The notes beneath the pieces were generated by a model. That model worked only from the letters and a program-made list of their open reading frames with translations, searched no databases and was not told the origin of the DNA. Shown here piece by piece: positions 1 through 10,239 of a DNA stretch of 64,000 nt. Within the stretch, counting starts at the first letter, position 1. The number at the start of each line of letters is the position of its first letter. The position numbers and the translations under genes are program-made. Source of the DNA: Myxococcota bacterium (GTDB lineage Bacteria > Myxococcota_A > UBA9160 > UBA6930); assembly GCA_965223705.1 (NCBI GenBank), contig OZ245015.1, positions 1,248,001 to 1,312,000 of the forward strand, written 5' to 3'.

Positions 1-778
1 GGAACATCGCGACGCGATCGATCCCTAGATCTCGATACTGCTCGAACGTATCGGCGTTCGGCTTTGCGGGGAGCATCACCGTGATTTCGATCGTCGACAG
101 ATCGCGGTCGGCGGCTTTCGCTTTCTCTTTCAACGTGGCGAGTCCCTCGCGAAGGCTTTTGGTCCCGTCGCCGTCGACCACAATCCACCCGTCGCAATAG
201 TCGACGACCCGTTGCAGACCATACGGGCCGAGGGCGCCCAGAAGAATCGGAGGATGCGGCTCGGTGAGCGGCTTCGGGTCCTGCCAAATCGCTTCGAAAT
301 TCACGAACTCACCCGAGTAGGAAGCCTCTTTTTCGGTCCAGATCGCCTTCATCGCTTCGATGCGTTCGCGCAGGACTTTCCAGCGTCGCTTGAACGGGGT
401 CCCGTGGTTTTCCATCTCCTCTGCGTTCCAACCGCCGCCGATGCCAAACAGAAAGCGCCCGCCCGAAAGGCGATCGATCGTCGTGATCTGTTTCGCGAGG
501 TAGATCGGATCGTGCTCGATGACGAGGCACACGCCAGTGCCCACGTTGAGCCGCTCTGTCACCGCCGCAGCGGCCATCGCAGAGGCGAAGGGATCTTGCA
601 TGCTCCAATACACTTCGGGAAGGTCGCCGCCGAACGGGTAGGGGCTTTTCCTCGACGCAGGAATATGCGTGTGTTCGGCAAACCAAACCGATTCGAATCC
701 GCGCTCTTCGAGTGCGCGCGCGAGCGGTTGGGGCTGAATCGAGAAATGGGCGTTTGCGCTGATGGCTCCGAACTTCAT
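1..778 (-). CDS. LLM-class (probably F420-dependent) oxidoreductase, 3' end outside window
   Basis: Not in the ORF track. Manual translation from ATG 778: MKFGAISANAHF...FESVWFAEHTHIP...LAKQITTIDRLSGGRFLFGIGGGWNAEEMENHG; RBS GAGGAG upstream. Confidence 0.85.
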   Translation of the reverse strand, partial: MKFGAISANAHFSIQPQPLARALEERGFESVWFAEHTHIPASRKSPYPFGGDLPEVYWSMQDPFASAMAAAAVTERLNVGTGVCLVIEHDPIYLAKQITTIDRLSGGRFLFGIGGGWNAEEMENHGTPFKRRWKVLRERIEAMKAIWTEKEASYSGEFVNFEAIWQDPKPLTEPHPPILLGALGPYGLQRVVDYCDGWIVVDGDGTKSLREGLATLKEKAKAADRDLSTIEITVMLPAKPNADTFEQYRDLGIDRVAMF

Positions 779-1191
779 GAATGCTCCTCTGCGGGGCGAA
801 ACCTCGGAATCGCCGCCTCGTCTTCGGTTTCGTCGAAGGTCACGGCCACGGGCAACCCAACAGTGACGCGTTCCGGATCACAATCGACGATGTTTGTAAG
901 CATGCGCGGACCTTCCTCGAGTTCGACGTACGCCAAGATGAACGGCGTGTGCTCGCGGAAGCGTCCCGGAATCCGGCGTGTCACGGTGAAGCTGTAGACC
1001 GATCCGCGTCCGCTGCAGGTCGTCCACGTCACGTCCGTCGAACGACATGACGGGCAGCGCCCGCGCGGGTAGAAGATGAAGGACCCGCAGGCATCGCACC
1101 GGGGAATCGATAGTTCACCGCGCGTGGTGGCTTCCCAGAAAGGGCGGTTTTCGTCGTCGATCACGATTTTCGGCCGCGGTAGCTCGCTCAC
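775..1191 (-). CDS. DUF35 Zn-ribbon/OB-fold acyl-CoA-binding protein
   Basis: PFWEA...CDAC...CPSC zinc ribbon, GSVYSFT, VELEEGPRMLTNI; GTG start overlaps thiolase stop (GTGA). Confidence 0.9.
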   Translation of the reverse strand: MSELPRPKIVIDDENRPFWEATTRGELSIPRCDACGSFIFYPRGRCPSCRSTDVTWTTCSGRGSVYSFTVTRRIPGRFREHTPFILAYVELEEGPRMLTNIVDCDPERVTVGLPVAVTFDETEDEAAIPRFRPAEEHS

Positions 1192-2357
1192 GCGTCGTCC
1201 CTTCCGAGAATCAAGGTGGCGCTCCCCATGCGCGTTGCGAGGCTCCCGCCGGTTCCGTGCGCCAGCGCCAGGCGGCAGTTGGGAACTTGCACGGCGGGGT
1301 GCGCTTCTCCGCGGAGCTGCCTCACGGCTTCGATCACTTTCGTCATGCCACCGCGGTTTCCCGGGTGATTGTTGCACAGCCCGCCGCCGTCGGTGTTGAA
1401 GGGCAGCGCACCATGTGGTGCCTCCAGGGCACCATCGGCGACGAAACGCCCCCCGGCGCCTTTGTCGCAGAAGCCCAGATCTTCGAGTGTGATGAGAACC
1501 GTGATGGTGAAGCTGTCGTAGATCGATGCGTAGTCGATATCCGACGGCTCGACGCCCGCTTCCTCGAAAGCCGCCGGTCCAGACCAGAGTGCGCCGGTGT
1601 GTGTCAAGTCGATGCGGCCGGCATCGGTGTGTTTGATGGCGGTCCCCGTGCCCAAGACGGCCACCGAGGAACGCGTCAGATCGCGTGCGACGTCCGGGCT
1701 GACGACGACGAGCGCACCGCCGCCGTCGGTGATCACGCAACAATCGAGCCGGTGAAGGGGATCGGAGATCATTGGCGAAGCGAGCACCTCGTCGACCGTC
1801 ACGACGTCTCGGAGAAACGCGTGCTCGTTGTGCTGGGCATGGGTCGATGCGGCGACTTTGATCGCGGCGAGTTGCGCGCTCGTGGTTCCGAACTCGTGCA
1901 TGTGACGCTTTGCCGCGAGAGCGTAGGCGCCGGGCACGCTCATCCCGTAGAGACTCTCGTACGAGAGCTCGGGCGCACCCGACACATTGGCGCTTCCGCC
2001 CGGAGAAGCTCCCCCGGTCCGCGGGTTTCCAGCGAGGGTGATCAACGCGACCCGAATATGTCCGGCGGCGATTGCCTCGGCAGCGTGCTGAACGTGAACC
2101 AGATAAGAGGAGCCGCCGGTTTCCGTGTCGTCGATGCCCCGGCAACGCAGTCCCAAGTAATCGACCATCGAGAGTGCGCCGAACCCCGGCGCGTCACCCG
2201 CCGCGTAGTACGCGTCGACATCGTCGAAACCGAGGCCGGCATCTTCGAGGGCGCCGGCCGCGACATCGGCGTGTATCTGCGCGAGTGTGCGGCCCGGCAG
2301 GTGGCGCCCGGGGTGCTCATACGCCCCAGCGATTCGGGCCTTGTTGCGCACGCTCAT
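1188..2357 (-). CDS. SCP-x/Ltp-type thiolase-fold protein lacking the nucleophilic Cys
   Basis: DCCVITDGGGA, IYDSFTIT, NTDGGGL; TETGGSS at the usual Cys position; coupled to DUF35. Confidence 0.88.
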   Translation of the reverse strand: MSVRNKARIAGAYEHPGRHLPGRTLAQIHADVAAGALEDAGLGFDDVDAYYAAGDAPGFGALSMVDYLGLRCRGIDDTETGGSSYLVHVQHAAEAIAAGHIRVALITLAGNPRTGGASPGGSANVSGAPELSYESLYGMSVPGAYALAAKRHMHEFGTTSAQLAAIKVAASTHAQHNEHAFLRDVVTVDEVLASPMISDPLHRLDCCVITDGGGALVVVSPDVARDLTRSSVAVLGTGTAIKHTDAGRIDLTHTGALWSGPAAFEEAGVEPSDIDYASIYDSFTITVLITLEDLGFCDKGAGGRFVADGALEAPHGALPFNTDGGGLCNNHPGNRGGMTKVIEAVRQLRGEAHPAVQVPNCRLALAHGTGGSLATRMGSATLILGRDDA

Positions 2358-2406
2358 CGGAGCTCCTTCGTCAAAGAACCGGATCCTAGCGTGCTAGCCT
2401 ACGGGA

Positions 2407-3453
2407 ATGAAGTTCGGTCTCTACTATCTCCCGAGTTTTGACGCCGATGTCCACAAGAACTCCGAGACGCTCTATCAGCAAATCTTCGAGCAAGTAGAGC
2501 TCGGAGAGGCACTCGGACTCGATTCGGTTTGGGTGGCGGAGCATCACTTTTGTACGTACGGGGGCGACATTCCGAACCCGCCGCTTTTCTTGGCGGCGCT
2601 CGCGCAGCGCACGAAACGGATGCGTATCGGTACAGGCGGTGTCGCCTTGCCGCTCAACAAGCCTCTGCAGACCGCCGAGCAGCTGGCCATGGTCGACGCG
2701 ATGTCCGGGGGACGCCTCGAGATCGGCGTCGTGCGTGCGTTTCTCAACTTCGAGTACGAAGCACTCAACGTCGATATGGGCGAGAGTCGAGAGCGCTTCG
2801 AGGAAAGCCTCGAGATTCTCCGCGGTACCTGGGAGAACGAAGTGTTCTCCTATCAGGGAAAGTTCAATCAGTTCGACCGGGTCGAGCTGCGCCCGAGACC
2901 GGTCCAACCGAAGCCGCCCATCACGGTCGGCTCGGTGATGAGCCCGGAATCGATTATCGCCGCCGGCCGTCAGGGCTTCGACCTGATGGTCATTCCGTAC
3001 GCGGTTCCACCCCAACACGTCCGGGATCAAATCGATCTGCACAGGAAATCTCTCGAAGAAGGTGGCCACGATCCCGCACAGCAGCGCGTGATGGCACCGT
3101 ACCATCTCTACGTTGCCGAAGACGTCGAGGCCGCGAAGCAAACCGTTCGGGAACCGATGCTGCGCTACATCAGCTACCTGCGCGATTCGGTCAGCGAAGA
3201 CAAGTGGTCCGGCGATTATGAGAATTACCGAGGCATGGTGAAGATGATCGAAAAGGTCATGGACTTCGATCTGATCTATGACGGGCGGTCCCTGTTCGGG
3301 GACCCGGCGCATGTCCACGAGTGCATCGAGCTCGCCGCCGACTTGGGCGTCACGGAGATCACCCTCGTGACCATCATGCCGGGCCTGACCCAGGGGCAGA
3401 TTCTCGATTCGCTGCGCTTGTTCGGCCGCGACGTACTGCCCCGCTACGCCTAA
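2407..3453 (+). CDS. LLM-class flavin-dependent oxidoreductase (luciferase-like)
   Basis: MKFGLY, VWVAEHHF, AEQLAMVDAMSGGRLEIG. Confidence 0.9.
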   Translation: MKFGLYYLPSFDADVHKNSETLYQQIFEQVELGEALGLDSVWVAEHHFCTYGGDIPNPPLFLAALAQRTKRMRIGTGGVALPLNKPLQTAEQLAMVDAMSGGRLEIGVVRAFLNFEYEALNVDMGESRERFEESLEILRGTWENEVFSYQGKFNQFDRVELRPRPVQPKPPITVGSVMSPESIIAAGRQGFDLMVIPYAVPPQHVRDQIDLHRKSLEEGGHDPAQQRVMAPYHLYVAEDVEAAKQTVREPMLRYISYLRDSVSEDKWSGDYENYRGMVKMIEKVMDFDLIYDGRSLFGDPAHVHECIELAADLGVTEITLVTIMPGLTQGQILDSLRLFGRDVLPRYA

Positions 3454-4589
3454 GCGTCGAGCGCGTAGGCCTCCGTCGCGGCGTCGCCGAGCAGATTGTT
3501 TCGCGAAGTCTCCGAAAGCGGTGCGACGAGCCCCTCGAGCTCTTCCATGTAGTTGCCCGGATGGTCGAAGTGCGGGTAGTCCGTCGCCCAGAAGAAACGA
3601 TCGTTCCCGACGTGATCGACAATGTGGGCCAGGGCCCGCTCGTCGGGATCGCCTGAAATCCAACATTGCCGTCGGAAGTACGTGCTCGGTTTCTCCTTCA
3701 AGGGGACCGTCTCGCCGAGACTCGTCTCGAAGGTCGTGTCCATGCGGTCGAGCGACGCCCCGATCCAACCGGCACCGGATTCGAGGAGCACGATCTTGAT
3801 CGACGGAAACCGATCGAAGAGCCCCCACTGGAACAAGCCGTAGAACGCTTGCTGAGGACCCTGCATGCCGAGCGCGTTCTGGAACCAACCGGCTTTTCGC
3901 ATGCCGTCGAAGCGTTGGTACGTGCGGATCTGCGGATGTTCCGCCATCGGATGAATGGCGATGGGAACACCGAGCTCGGCCGCCCGCGCCCAAAACGCGT
4001 CGTGATCGGGATGGCCGTGTGGGACGCGGGTCAGGGTATACGGAGCGAGGAATGCGCCTTTGGCGCCGGCCCGAACCGAGCGCTCGAGCTCGTCAGCGGC
4101 CTCGGCCGGGTCGGCGAGCGAAATGTGCGCCGCGGCGATCAGGCGCCCGTCGGTGTCGGCGCAGAACTCGCAGATCCACCGGTTGTAGGCGCGCGCGTAG
4201 GCGAGGGAAAGTTCGCCATCCTCGACCTCACATTCCCACGTGAGTCCCAAACTCGGGTAGAGAATCGCCCGGTGAATTCCCTCGCGATCGAGCAGGGTCA
4301 CGCGATCCTTGGGGTCCATCGAGCCGAACGGAGCGTTACCGGGGTAAGACGTTTCCGAGAGCTCGGAGATCTCCGAAGAGTCTTTTCCCATCGCGCCAAG
4401 CGCGGTGAGGAGTCGTACATCGAAGAATCGCGAGGGCTTCCCCGCGATCTCTAATACCTCGCGTCCTTCGTGGGTCGCCAACCGCAGGGCGCGGTCGCGG
4501 TACTTCGGTTCGATGTACCGCTCCCAGGTGTCGGCGGGTTCCAGGATATGGCCGTCTGCGTCTACGATGTTGGCGAAATCGAGTGCCAT
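3450..4589 (-). CDS. amidohydrolase family (Amidohydro_2) protein
   Basis: DADGH metal motif, IAIHP, LESGAGW, WATDYPH; start reassigned to MALDFANIVD. Confidence 0.88.
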   Translation of the reverse strand: MALDFANIVDADGHILEPADTWERYIEPKYRDRALRLATHEGREVLEIAGKPSRFFDVRLLTALGAMGKDSSEISELSETSYPGNAPFGSMDPKDRVTLLDREGIHRAILYPSLGLTWECEVEDGELSLAYARAYNRWICEFCADTDGRLIAAAHISLADPAEAADELERSVRAGAKGAFLAPYTLTRVPHGHPDHDAFWARAAELGVPIAIHPMAEHPQIRTYQRFDGMRKAGWFQNALGMQGPQQAFYGLFQWGLFDRFPSIKIVLLESGAGWIGASLDRMDTTFETSLGETVPLKEKPSTYFRRQCWISGDPDERALAHIVDHVGNDRFFWATDYPHFDHPGNYMEELEGLVAPLSETSRNNLLGDAATEAYALDA

Positions 4590-4599
4590 CGATGCCCTT

Positions 4600-5598
4600 T
4601 CAGGAAATGCGATACACGCGCGAAGCGGTGTCGTGGAACAGGAGGGATTGCTCTTCGTCGGTGTACTGCGCGGCGATTCGCTTGAACGCGTTCCACAGAA
4701 CGACGTACGAGCAACCCTGCTTGTCCACGGGGAAGTTGCTTTCGAACATACAACGGGCCGGGCCGAACTGCTCGATGCACCATTCGATCTCGGGACGCCA
4801 CGCTTCGGCGAGCTCCTCGGAGCCCGGAGGGCGGTCGCGTTTGTGCCAGCCCAGCCCGTAGATCGACATCCCGATGCCACCGAGCTTGACGGACACGTTC
4901 TCGCAGCCCGCCAAATCGCGGATCGCGGGGCGCCAGGCCGCCCGCACGTCGTCCCGGCGGTTGGCGTAGGGGCCGATGCCTAGGGGGCCCCCGATGTGAT
5001 CCAGCACGATCGAGGCGTCGGGGAAAGCTCGGGCGAGATCCGTCAGGTCTTCGATCTGCGGGTGGAAGAGCCAGGCGTCGAAGCTGTGGCCGCGCTCGGT
5101 CAACACGCGAAAACCCGCGCGGAAGTCGTCCCGGGCAAGGAGATCTTTCGTGGGGTGGGTGTGTGCATTGTGGATCTTGTCGCTCGCATCCCAAGCCGAC
5201 GCGTGGCGGATACCCCGGAACCGCCCTCCCGAAGCTTTCTCGTGGGCTTCGAGAACCGCGGCGACGTCTTCGCCCAGACAGAGATCCGCCAGGCCCACGA
5301 TACCGGCGATTCGCGCGCCGTCGGAAGCGTCGCTGGCATCGGCAATCGCGGCGACGAACTCGGTCTCGCCCACAGGGCGAAAAGCTTCGGGGCCCGCTTC
5401 CCGGTACTCGGAAGCGCACTCGAGGAACACGGTCTTCTCCACCCGGTGGCCCGAGCCCGTGTCGGCGTGAAGCTCCTCGAGCAAGTAGCGCTGGTTCGGG
5501 TGATCCCACAGATGGTGGTGGGGGTCGCAGATGCGACGATCGGGATCGATCGCTTCTTCCGGGGTCGTGGCGAGCCACGCCGCCAGGTCCTTCGGCAT
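4600..5598 (-). CDS. amidohydrolase family protein (lactonase-like)
   Basis: DPHHHLW, VLDHIGGP, VKLGG, MFESNFPVD. Confidence 0.88.
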   Translation of the reverse strand: MPKDLAAWLATTPEEAIDPDRRICDPHHHLWDHPNQRYLLEELHADTGSGHRVEKTVFLECASEYREAGPEAFRPVGETEFVAAIADASDASDGARIAGIVGLADLCLGEDVAAVLEAHEKASGGRFRGIRHASAWDASDKIHNAHTHPTKDLLARDDFRAGFRVLTERGHSFDAWLFHPQIEDLTDLARAFPDASIVLDHIGGPLGIGPYANRRDDVRAAWRPAIRDLAGCENVSVKLGGIGMSIYGLGWHKRDRPPGSEELAEAWRPEIEWCIEQFGPARCMFESNFPVDKQGCSYVVLWNAFKRIAAQYTDEEQSLLFHDTASRVYRIS

Positions 5599-5608
5599 GC
5601 TCTTCTCC

Positions 5609-6526
5609 TTAGAGGGCTTTCACCTTCGGATACTCACCGACGTCGAGCCCAAAGGTTTCGGCTTGGACGAGGAGGTCGAGTGCATTTCGGACATGGGCGT
5701 AGTCGATCATCATGCCGTCGTAGGTGACCGCCGCTTTGCCCGCGCGCTCCGCTTCATCCATCGCGATGAGGACGCCCTTGTTCCATTCGATCTCCTCCGC
5801 CGACGGCGAGAACACCTCGTTGGCGATCGGGATCGCCGTCGGGTGAATCGCGAGGGCGCAGCGGTACCCGATCTCCCGCGCGCGCAACAGCTGCTCGCGT
5901 ACGAGCTCGGTATCGCCGACTTCGAGGGATCCGATCGCCAGCGGGTATTCGATGCCCGCCGCCCGCGCCGCGAGCAGCACGTGCGACGCCATGTAGAGCG
6001 TCTCGAAGCTCGGCCGAGTCCAGCGGTAGCCGATAGCTTTCGTGATATCGCCCGATCGCGCCGCGGCGCCGCCGGCGATATTTCCGACCCGCGGGCACGC
6101 TGTCGCGAGATCGTACGCGTCTTGAATTCCGCGCGCGGTTTCCGGCAGCGCGATGATTTCGACCGTCCCCGGTGCGAGTCCGGCCTTCTTCTCGAACAGC
6201 TCGATCCACGCGTCGACCTTCAGAACCTCTTCGCGGTGCTCGAGTTTGGGGATCGCGATGGCTACCAGCCCCTCGGTCACGACGGCTTCGACGTCTTCCG
6301 CGGTGAGCCCTGTGTCGAGGCCGTTGACACGCACGACGGCGGGAACGCCGCGTTCCGATAGACGCTCGATCCCCGAGCGCACGACGTCGCGCGCTTTTTC
6401 TTTGTCTTCGTTCGGGACGGCGTCTTCGAGATCGAGGATCAGGGCATCCGAGCCGTACTTTGGCGCTTTGTCGATCCAATCCCCGCGGATGCCGGGCACG
6501 AACAGGATCGACCGATAGAGCTTCAT
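5609..6526 (-). CDS. CitE/HpcH-family CoA-ester lyase
   Basis: RSILFVPG, LILDLEDAV, VRVN, IPKLE, AIHP, GMMIDYA. Confidence 0.88.
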   Translation of the reverse strand: MKLYRSILFVPGIRGDWIDKAPKYGSDALILDLEDAVPNEDKEKARDVVRSGIERLSERGVPAVVRVNGLDTGLTAEDVEAVVTEGLVAIAIPKLEHREEVLKVDAWIELFEKKAGLAPGTVEIIALPETARGIQDAYDLATACPRVGNIAGGAAARSGDITKAIGYRWTRPSFETLYMASHVLLAARAAGIEYPLAIGSLEVGDTELVREQLLRAREIGYRCALAIHPTAIPIANEVFSPSAEEIEWNKGVLIAMDEAERAGKAAVTYDGMMIDYAHVRNALDLLVQAETFGLDVGEYPKVKAL

Positions 6527-6532
6527 TCGCCG

Positions 6533-7648
6533 CTACGCAGCGGTCTCGAGCGGCGAGCGCAGGGGCTTTAGCTCGGGCATGGCCGGGACGTCCCAGCTTC
6601 GCAGCTCGGGAAGAACGCCCGATGCGAAGCAGCGCATGTTGCGTTCGGCTTCGTCGTAGGGCATGCCCGCGTAGCTGAAGTGACACATGATGCCGTTCAT
6701 TCCGATGACGCTGTGAATGTATTCGAGCTTCTCGAGCACTTGCTGCGGGGTTCCGAAGGGCATGAGCTTTACGAAATCGGCGGCGGCGCCCTCGGTTCCG
6801 TGTTTTTCGATATAGGAACCGACGTTCGAGTAGAACTCGTACCCCTTCGCCTTTCCGAAATGCTCGGCGGTCATTTCGTAGTGCTTCATCGCGGTGTGGT
6901 AGTACGCACCGATGTAGTGGTTCGCGAGTTCCTCGGCGCGATCGGCGCTCTCGTCGACAAAATAGAAGCCGCCGCACAGCGGGGGCGGGGCGTCGGTGCC
7001 GTTCTCTTCGCGGAAGACGTTTTGGTAGATCTCGAAATCTTTGCGCACGACGCTCCAGGGCTTCTGCGGGATGATGAGGAGCCCCGTGCCGAGGCGCGCC
7101 ATGATGGGCATGGACTCCGGCGAAACCGCCGCTGCGTAGGTTCTCCCCCGGAACGACCGCGCCGGGAAGGGCCGGATATCGCGCCGGGGCTGCTTGACGG
7201 AATCGCCGCCTTCCATGTAGCCCTGCTCGAGACCCTCGAGGACGAGCTGCGCGTACTCGACGAATCGATTCCGCCCCTCGTCCATATCGATACGGAACCC
7301 ATCGTACTCGACGCGGCCGAGCCCGCGGCCCAGGCCGAGGATCATGCGACCGTTCGAAACGTGGTCGAGGAGGGAGATCTGTTCGGCGACCCGGATCGGA
7401 TCGTGCCAGGGAAGAACGATCACCATGGAGCCGACTTGAAGCCGTGGGTAGCGCCCCGCCATGTAGGAGAGAAGCTGCACGACGTCGGGACACATCGTGT
7501 AGTCGGTGAAGTGGTGTTCGATCGACCAGATCGAATCGAAGCCCAGGGGATCCGCGAACTCGGCGAGCCTTAGCTCCTGCTGGTACACCTCGCTGTCGGG
7601 CAGTTTCGAACCGGGGTTTTGAAAGAGCGGGGCGTAACCGACGTGCAT
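6533..7648 (-). CDS. LLM-class flavin-dependent oxidoreductase
   Basis: WSIEHHF, PIRVAEQISLLDHVSNGRMILGLGRG. Confidence 0.9.
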   Translation of the reverse strand: MHVGYAPLFQNPGSKLPDSEVYQQELRLAEFADPLGFDSIWSIEHHFTDYTMCPDVVQLLSYMAGRYPRLQVGSMVIVLPWHDPIRVAEQISLLDHVSNGRMILGLGRGLGRVEYDGFRIDMDEGRNRFVEYAQLVLEGLEQGYMEGGDSVKQPRRDIRPFPARSFRGRTYAAAVSPESMPIMARLGTGLLIIPQKPWSVVRKDFEIYQNVFREENGTDAPPPLCGGFYFVDESADRAEELANHYIGAYYHTAMKHYEMTAEHFGKAKGYEFYSNVGSYIEKHGTEGAAADFVKLMPFGTPQQVLEKLEYIHSVIGMNGIMCHFSYAGMPYDEAERNMRCFASGVLPELRSWDVPAMPELKPLRSPLETAA

Positions 7649-7657
7649 GCGGACCTC

Positions 7658-9283
7658 CTAGCGTAGTACGAATCCCTCGTACCCATTCTCGACGACTGCT
7701 TCGCACTTTGCGACGTAGCCTGGCCAATCCGGGTAGGGCATGAACACCCGGGGCTTCCCGGGAATGTTGTCGCCCTGATACCAATTATCGCACGACGTGA
7801 AGAGCGTGCGTTCGGCTGTTTGGCGGACTTGCAGGAGCCAAGGTTCCTCAGCTCCGGGGTCGACGTCGATCGTGTTGAGACCCCGGGCGCGCATGTGCTC
7901 GATGCAGTCGGTGATGAAATTCACGTGCTGCTCGATCGCCGTCACCATGTTGGCCAACACCGAAGGGCTGCCGGGCCCCGTCACCGTAAACAGGTTCGGA
8001 AAGCCGGAGGAGCACAAACCGAGATACGCGATCGGGCCGTCGGACCACTTCTCTTTCAAAGCCTGACCGCCGCGCCCTCGGATATCGATGCGGTTGAGCG
8101 AGCCCGTCATCGCATCGAAGCCCGTGGCGAAGATCACGTAGTCGAGGTCGTATTCTTTTCCGCCCGCCCGCACGCCTCGTTCGGTCGCACACTCGACGCC
8201 TTCTCCCCGGACGTCGACCAGCGTGACGTTCGGGCGATTGAACGTCTTGTAGTAGTCCGTGTCGATGCAAGGCCGTTTGCAGCCGTAAAGATGGTCGGGC
8301 ATCAGGGACGCCGCCGTATCCGGGTCCTTCACGATGGACGCGATCTTCTTCCGCATGTAGCGCGCGATGTCTTCGCCGGCCTCGGGGTTGGTCGAAGAAT
8401 CGCGGAACGCGAGCCAAAAGCTGATACCGCCTTCTTCCCAGCAGCGGTCGTAGACCGCGTCGCGCTCTTCTTCGCTGACCTCGAATGTCTTCGGCCGGGA
8501 TCGATCGACCCGCATATCCATCGCCACCGGGTTCCGATAATTCTGGGCCCGAAAGCTCGCGTAGTTCTCCTTGATTCGGCTTTCGTACGCGGGATCCATG
8601 GGGGCGTTGCGCGCGGGTACGGTGAACTGCGGTGTTCGCTGAAAGACGTACAAGTGCTCGGCGGTCTCGGCGATCACGGGCGTCGCTTGGATACCCGTCG
8701 AACCCGTGCCGATGAGACCGACGCGCTTCCCGGTAAAATCGACGCCGTCGCGCGGCCAGTTGCCCGTGTGAAACGCTTCCCCCCGGAAGGAATCGAGCCC
8801 CCGAAAAGAGGGTTCGTTGCGCGAAGAGAGGCAGCCCGTCGCCATGATGCAGTAGCGAGCGACGAAGCTGTCGCCGCGATCCGTCTCGACCCGCCACGTC
8901 TCGGTCGATTCGTCGAACGCCGCCCGCGTCACGCCGGTCTCAAACTGCATGAGCCCGCGGAGGTCGAACCGATCCACCACGTGGCGCAGGTACCGCAAGA
9001 TCTCGGGTTGCGAGGCGTAGACCTCGGACCAGCTCCACTCCTGCTGGAGCTCGTCGGAAAACTGATAGGAGTACTGCATACTGGGCGCGTCGCAGCGCGC
9101 TCCGGGGTAGCGGTTCCAATACCAGGTGCCGCCGACGTCCGTCCCTCGTTCGATCACCCGCACCGTGAGCCCGAGCTCGCGCACCTTGTAGGCGGCGTAG
9201 ACTCCGCCGAAGCCGGCTCCAACCACCACGACGTCGAAATCGAAGGTTGAGCGTTCGTGTGCGGGCTCGCTTGCTCGGGTCAT
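7658..9283 (-). CDS. type I Baeyer-Villiger monooxygenase
   Basis: GAGFGG, GGTWYWNRYPGARCD, BVMO fingerprint FRGEAFHTGNWP, GTGSTG, ATGFDA. Confidence 0.93.
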   Translation of the reverse strand: MTRASEPAHERSTFDFDVVVVGAGFGGVYAAYKVRELGLTVRVIERGTDVGGTWYWNRYPGARCDAPSMQYSYQFSDELQQEWSWSEVYASQPEILRYLRHVVDRFDLRGLMQFETGVTRAAFDESTETWRVETDRGDSFVARYCIMATGCLSSRNEPSFRGLDSFRGEAFHTGNWPRDGVDFTGKRVGLIGTGSTGIQATPVIAETAEHLYVFQRTPQFTVPARNAPMDPAYESRIKENYASFRAQNYRNPVAMDMRVDRSRPKTFEVSEEERDAVYDRCWEEGGISFWLAFRDSSTNPEAGEDIARYMRKKIASIVKDPDTAASLMPDHLYGCKRPCIDTDYYKTFNRPNVTLVDVRGEGVECATERGVRAGGKEYDLDYVIFATGFDAMTGSLNRIDIRGRGGQALKEKWSDGPIAYLGLCSSGFPNLFTVTGPGSPSVLANMVTAIEQHVNFITDCIEHMRARGLNTIDVDPGAEEPWLLQVRQTAERTLFTSCDNWYQGDNIPGKPRVFMPYPDWPGYVAKCEAVVENGYEGFVLR

Positions 9284-9443
9284 GAGTTCTCGGGTGGAAA
9301 CGGTTTGCGGGACGCCCATAATTTCGGCTGGATTTCCGGGGCTGTCAAACTCATGCCGAGAAAGGGCTTCCGTCCTTCGCTCGGCGGCTTATCCTCGGGC
9401 GACGCAGGACAGCTACCCTGGCTTGCCGATTCGAAGGAGCACG

Positions 9444-10232
9444 ATGAGTGAGCCGACCCTCCGCGTGGAGACCGTCGATCGGGTTCGCGTCTTTACGCTG
9501 AATCGCCCGGACGTGATGAACGCGTTCGATGAAGCGATGCGCGAGTCCTTGGTCGAGGAGCTCGAAGCGGCGGAAAGCGATTCCTCGGTCCGCTGCGTCA
9601 TGATCACCGGGGCCGGGCGCGCGTTCTGCGCGGGTGGCGACATCGCGAGCATGGCGAAGCTCCAGGCAGAGGAAGACACCAGCGTGTTGCGCAAACGCGT
9701 GGCGCTCGCGGCGCGCGGTGTCCGCGCGCTGCGTCGCATGGAAAAGCCTTCGGTCGCGGCGGTGAACGGCCCGGCCGGTGGCGCGGGGATCAACCTCGCG
9801 CTGGCCTGCGATTTCCGTCTCGCGAACGAGTCGGCCCTCTTTTCCGAGAGTTTCGTGCGCATCGGACTGGTTCCCGATTGGGGTGGCTTCTACTTCCTGC
9901 CGCGACTCGTCGGGCCCGCGAAGGCGCTCGAGCTGATGTCGACCGGCGAACGGGTTGGGGCGGAGGACGCCCTGCGCCTCGGCCTCGTGAACCAGCTGCT
10001 CCCGGCCGAGGGATTCTTCGACGCCGCACTCGCTTTTGCTCGTTCGCTGGCAGAGGGACCGCCCGAGGCGCTCGCCCGAATCAAAGAAGGCGTGTACCTC
10101 GGCGCGGCGTCGGATCTCGACACTGCGCTTGAGTTCGAAGCCACCGCCCAGCTCGAACTCTTCCTCGGGGACGACGCGCGCGAGGGCATGCAGGCATTTC
10201 TCGAGAAACGGAAAGCGAATTTCAGTGGCTAA
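9444..10232 (+). CDS. enoyl-CoA hydratase/isomerase
   Basis: LNRPDVMNA, AFCAGGD, GLVPDWGG; RBS AAGGAG before ATG 9444. Confidence 0.92.
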   Translation: MSEPTLRVETVDRVRVFTLNRPDVMNAFDEAMRESLVEELEAAESDSSVRCVMITGAGRAFCAGGDIASMAKLQAEEDTSVLRKRVALAARGVRALRRMEKPSVAAVNGPAGGAGINLALACDFRLANESALFSESFVRIGLVPDWGGFYFLPRLVGPAKALELMSTGERVGAEDALRLGLVNQLLPAEGFFDAALAFARSLAEGPPEALARIKEGVYLGAASDLDTALEFEATAQLELFLGDDAREGMQAFLEKRKANFSG

Positions 10233-10239
10233 TTTTCCG

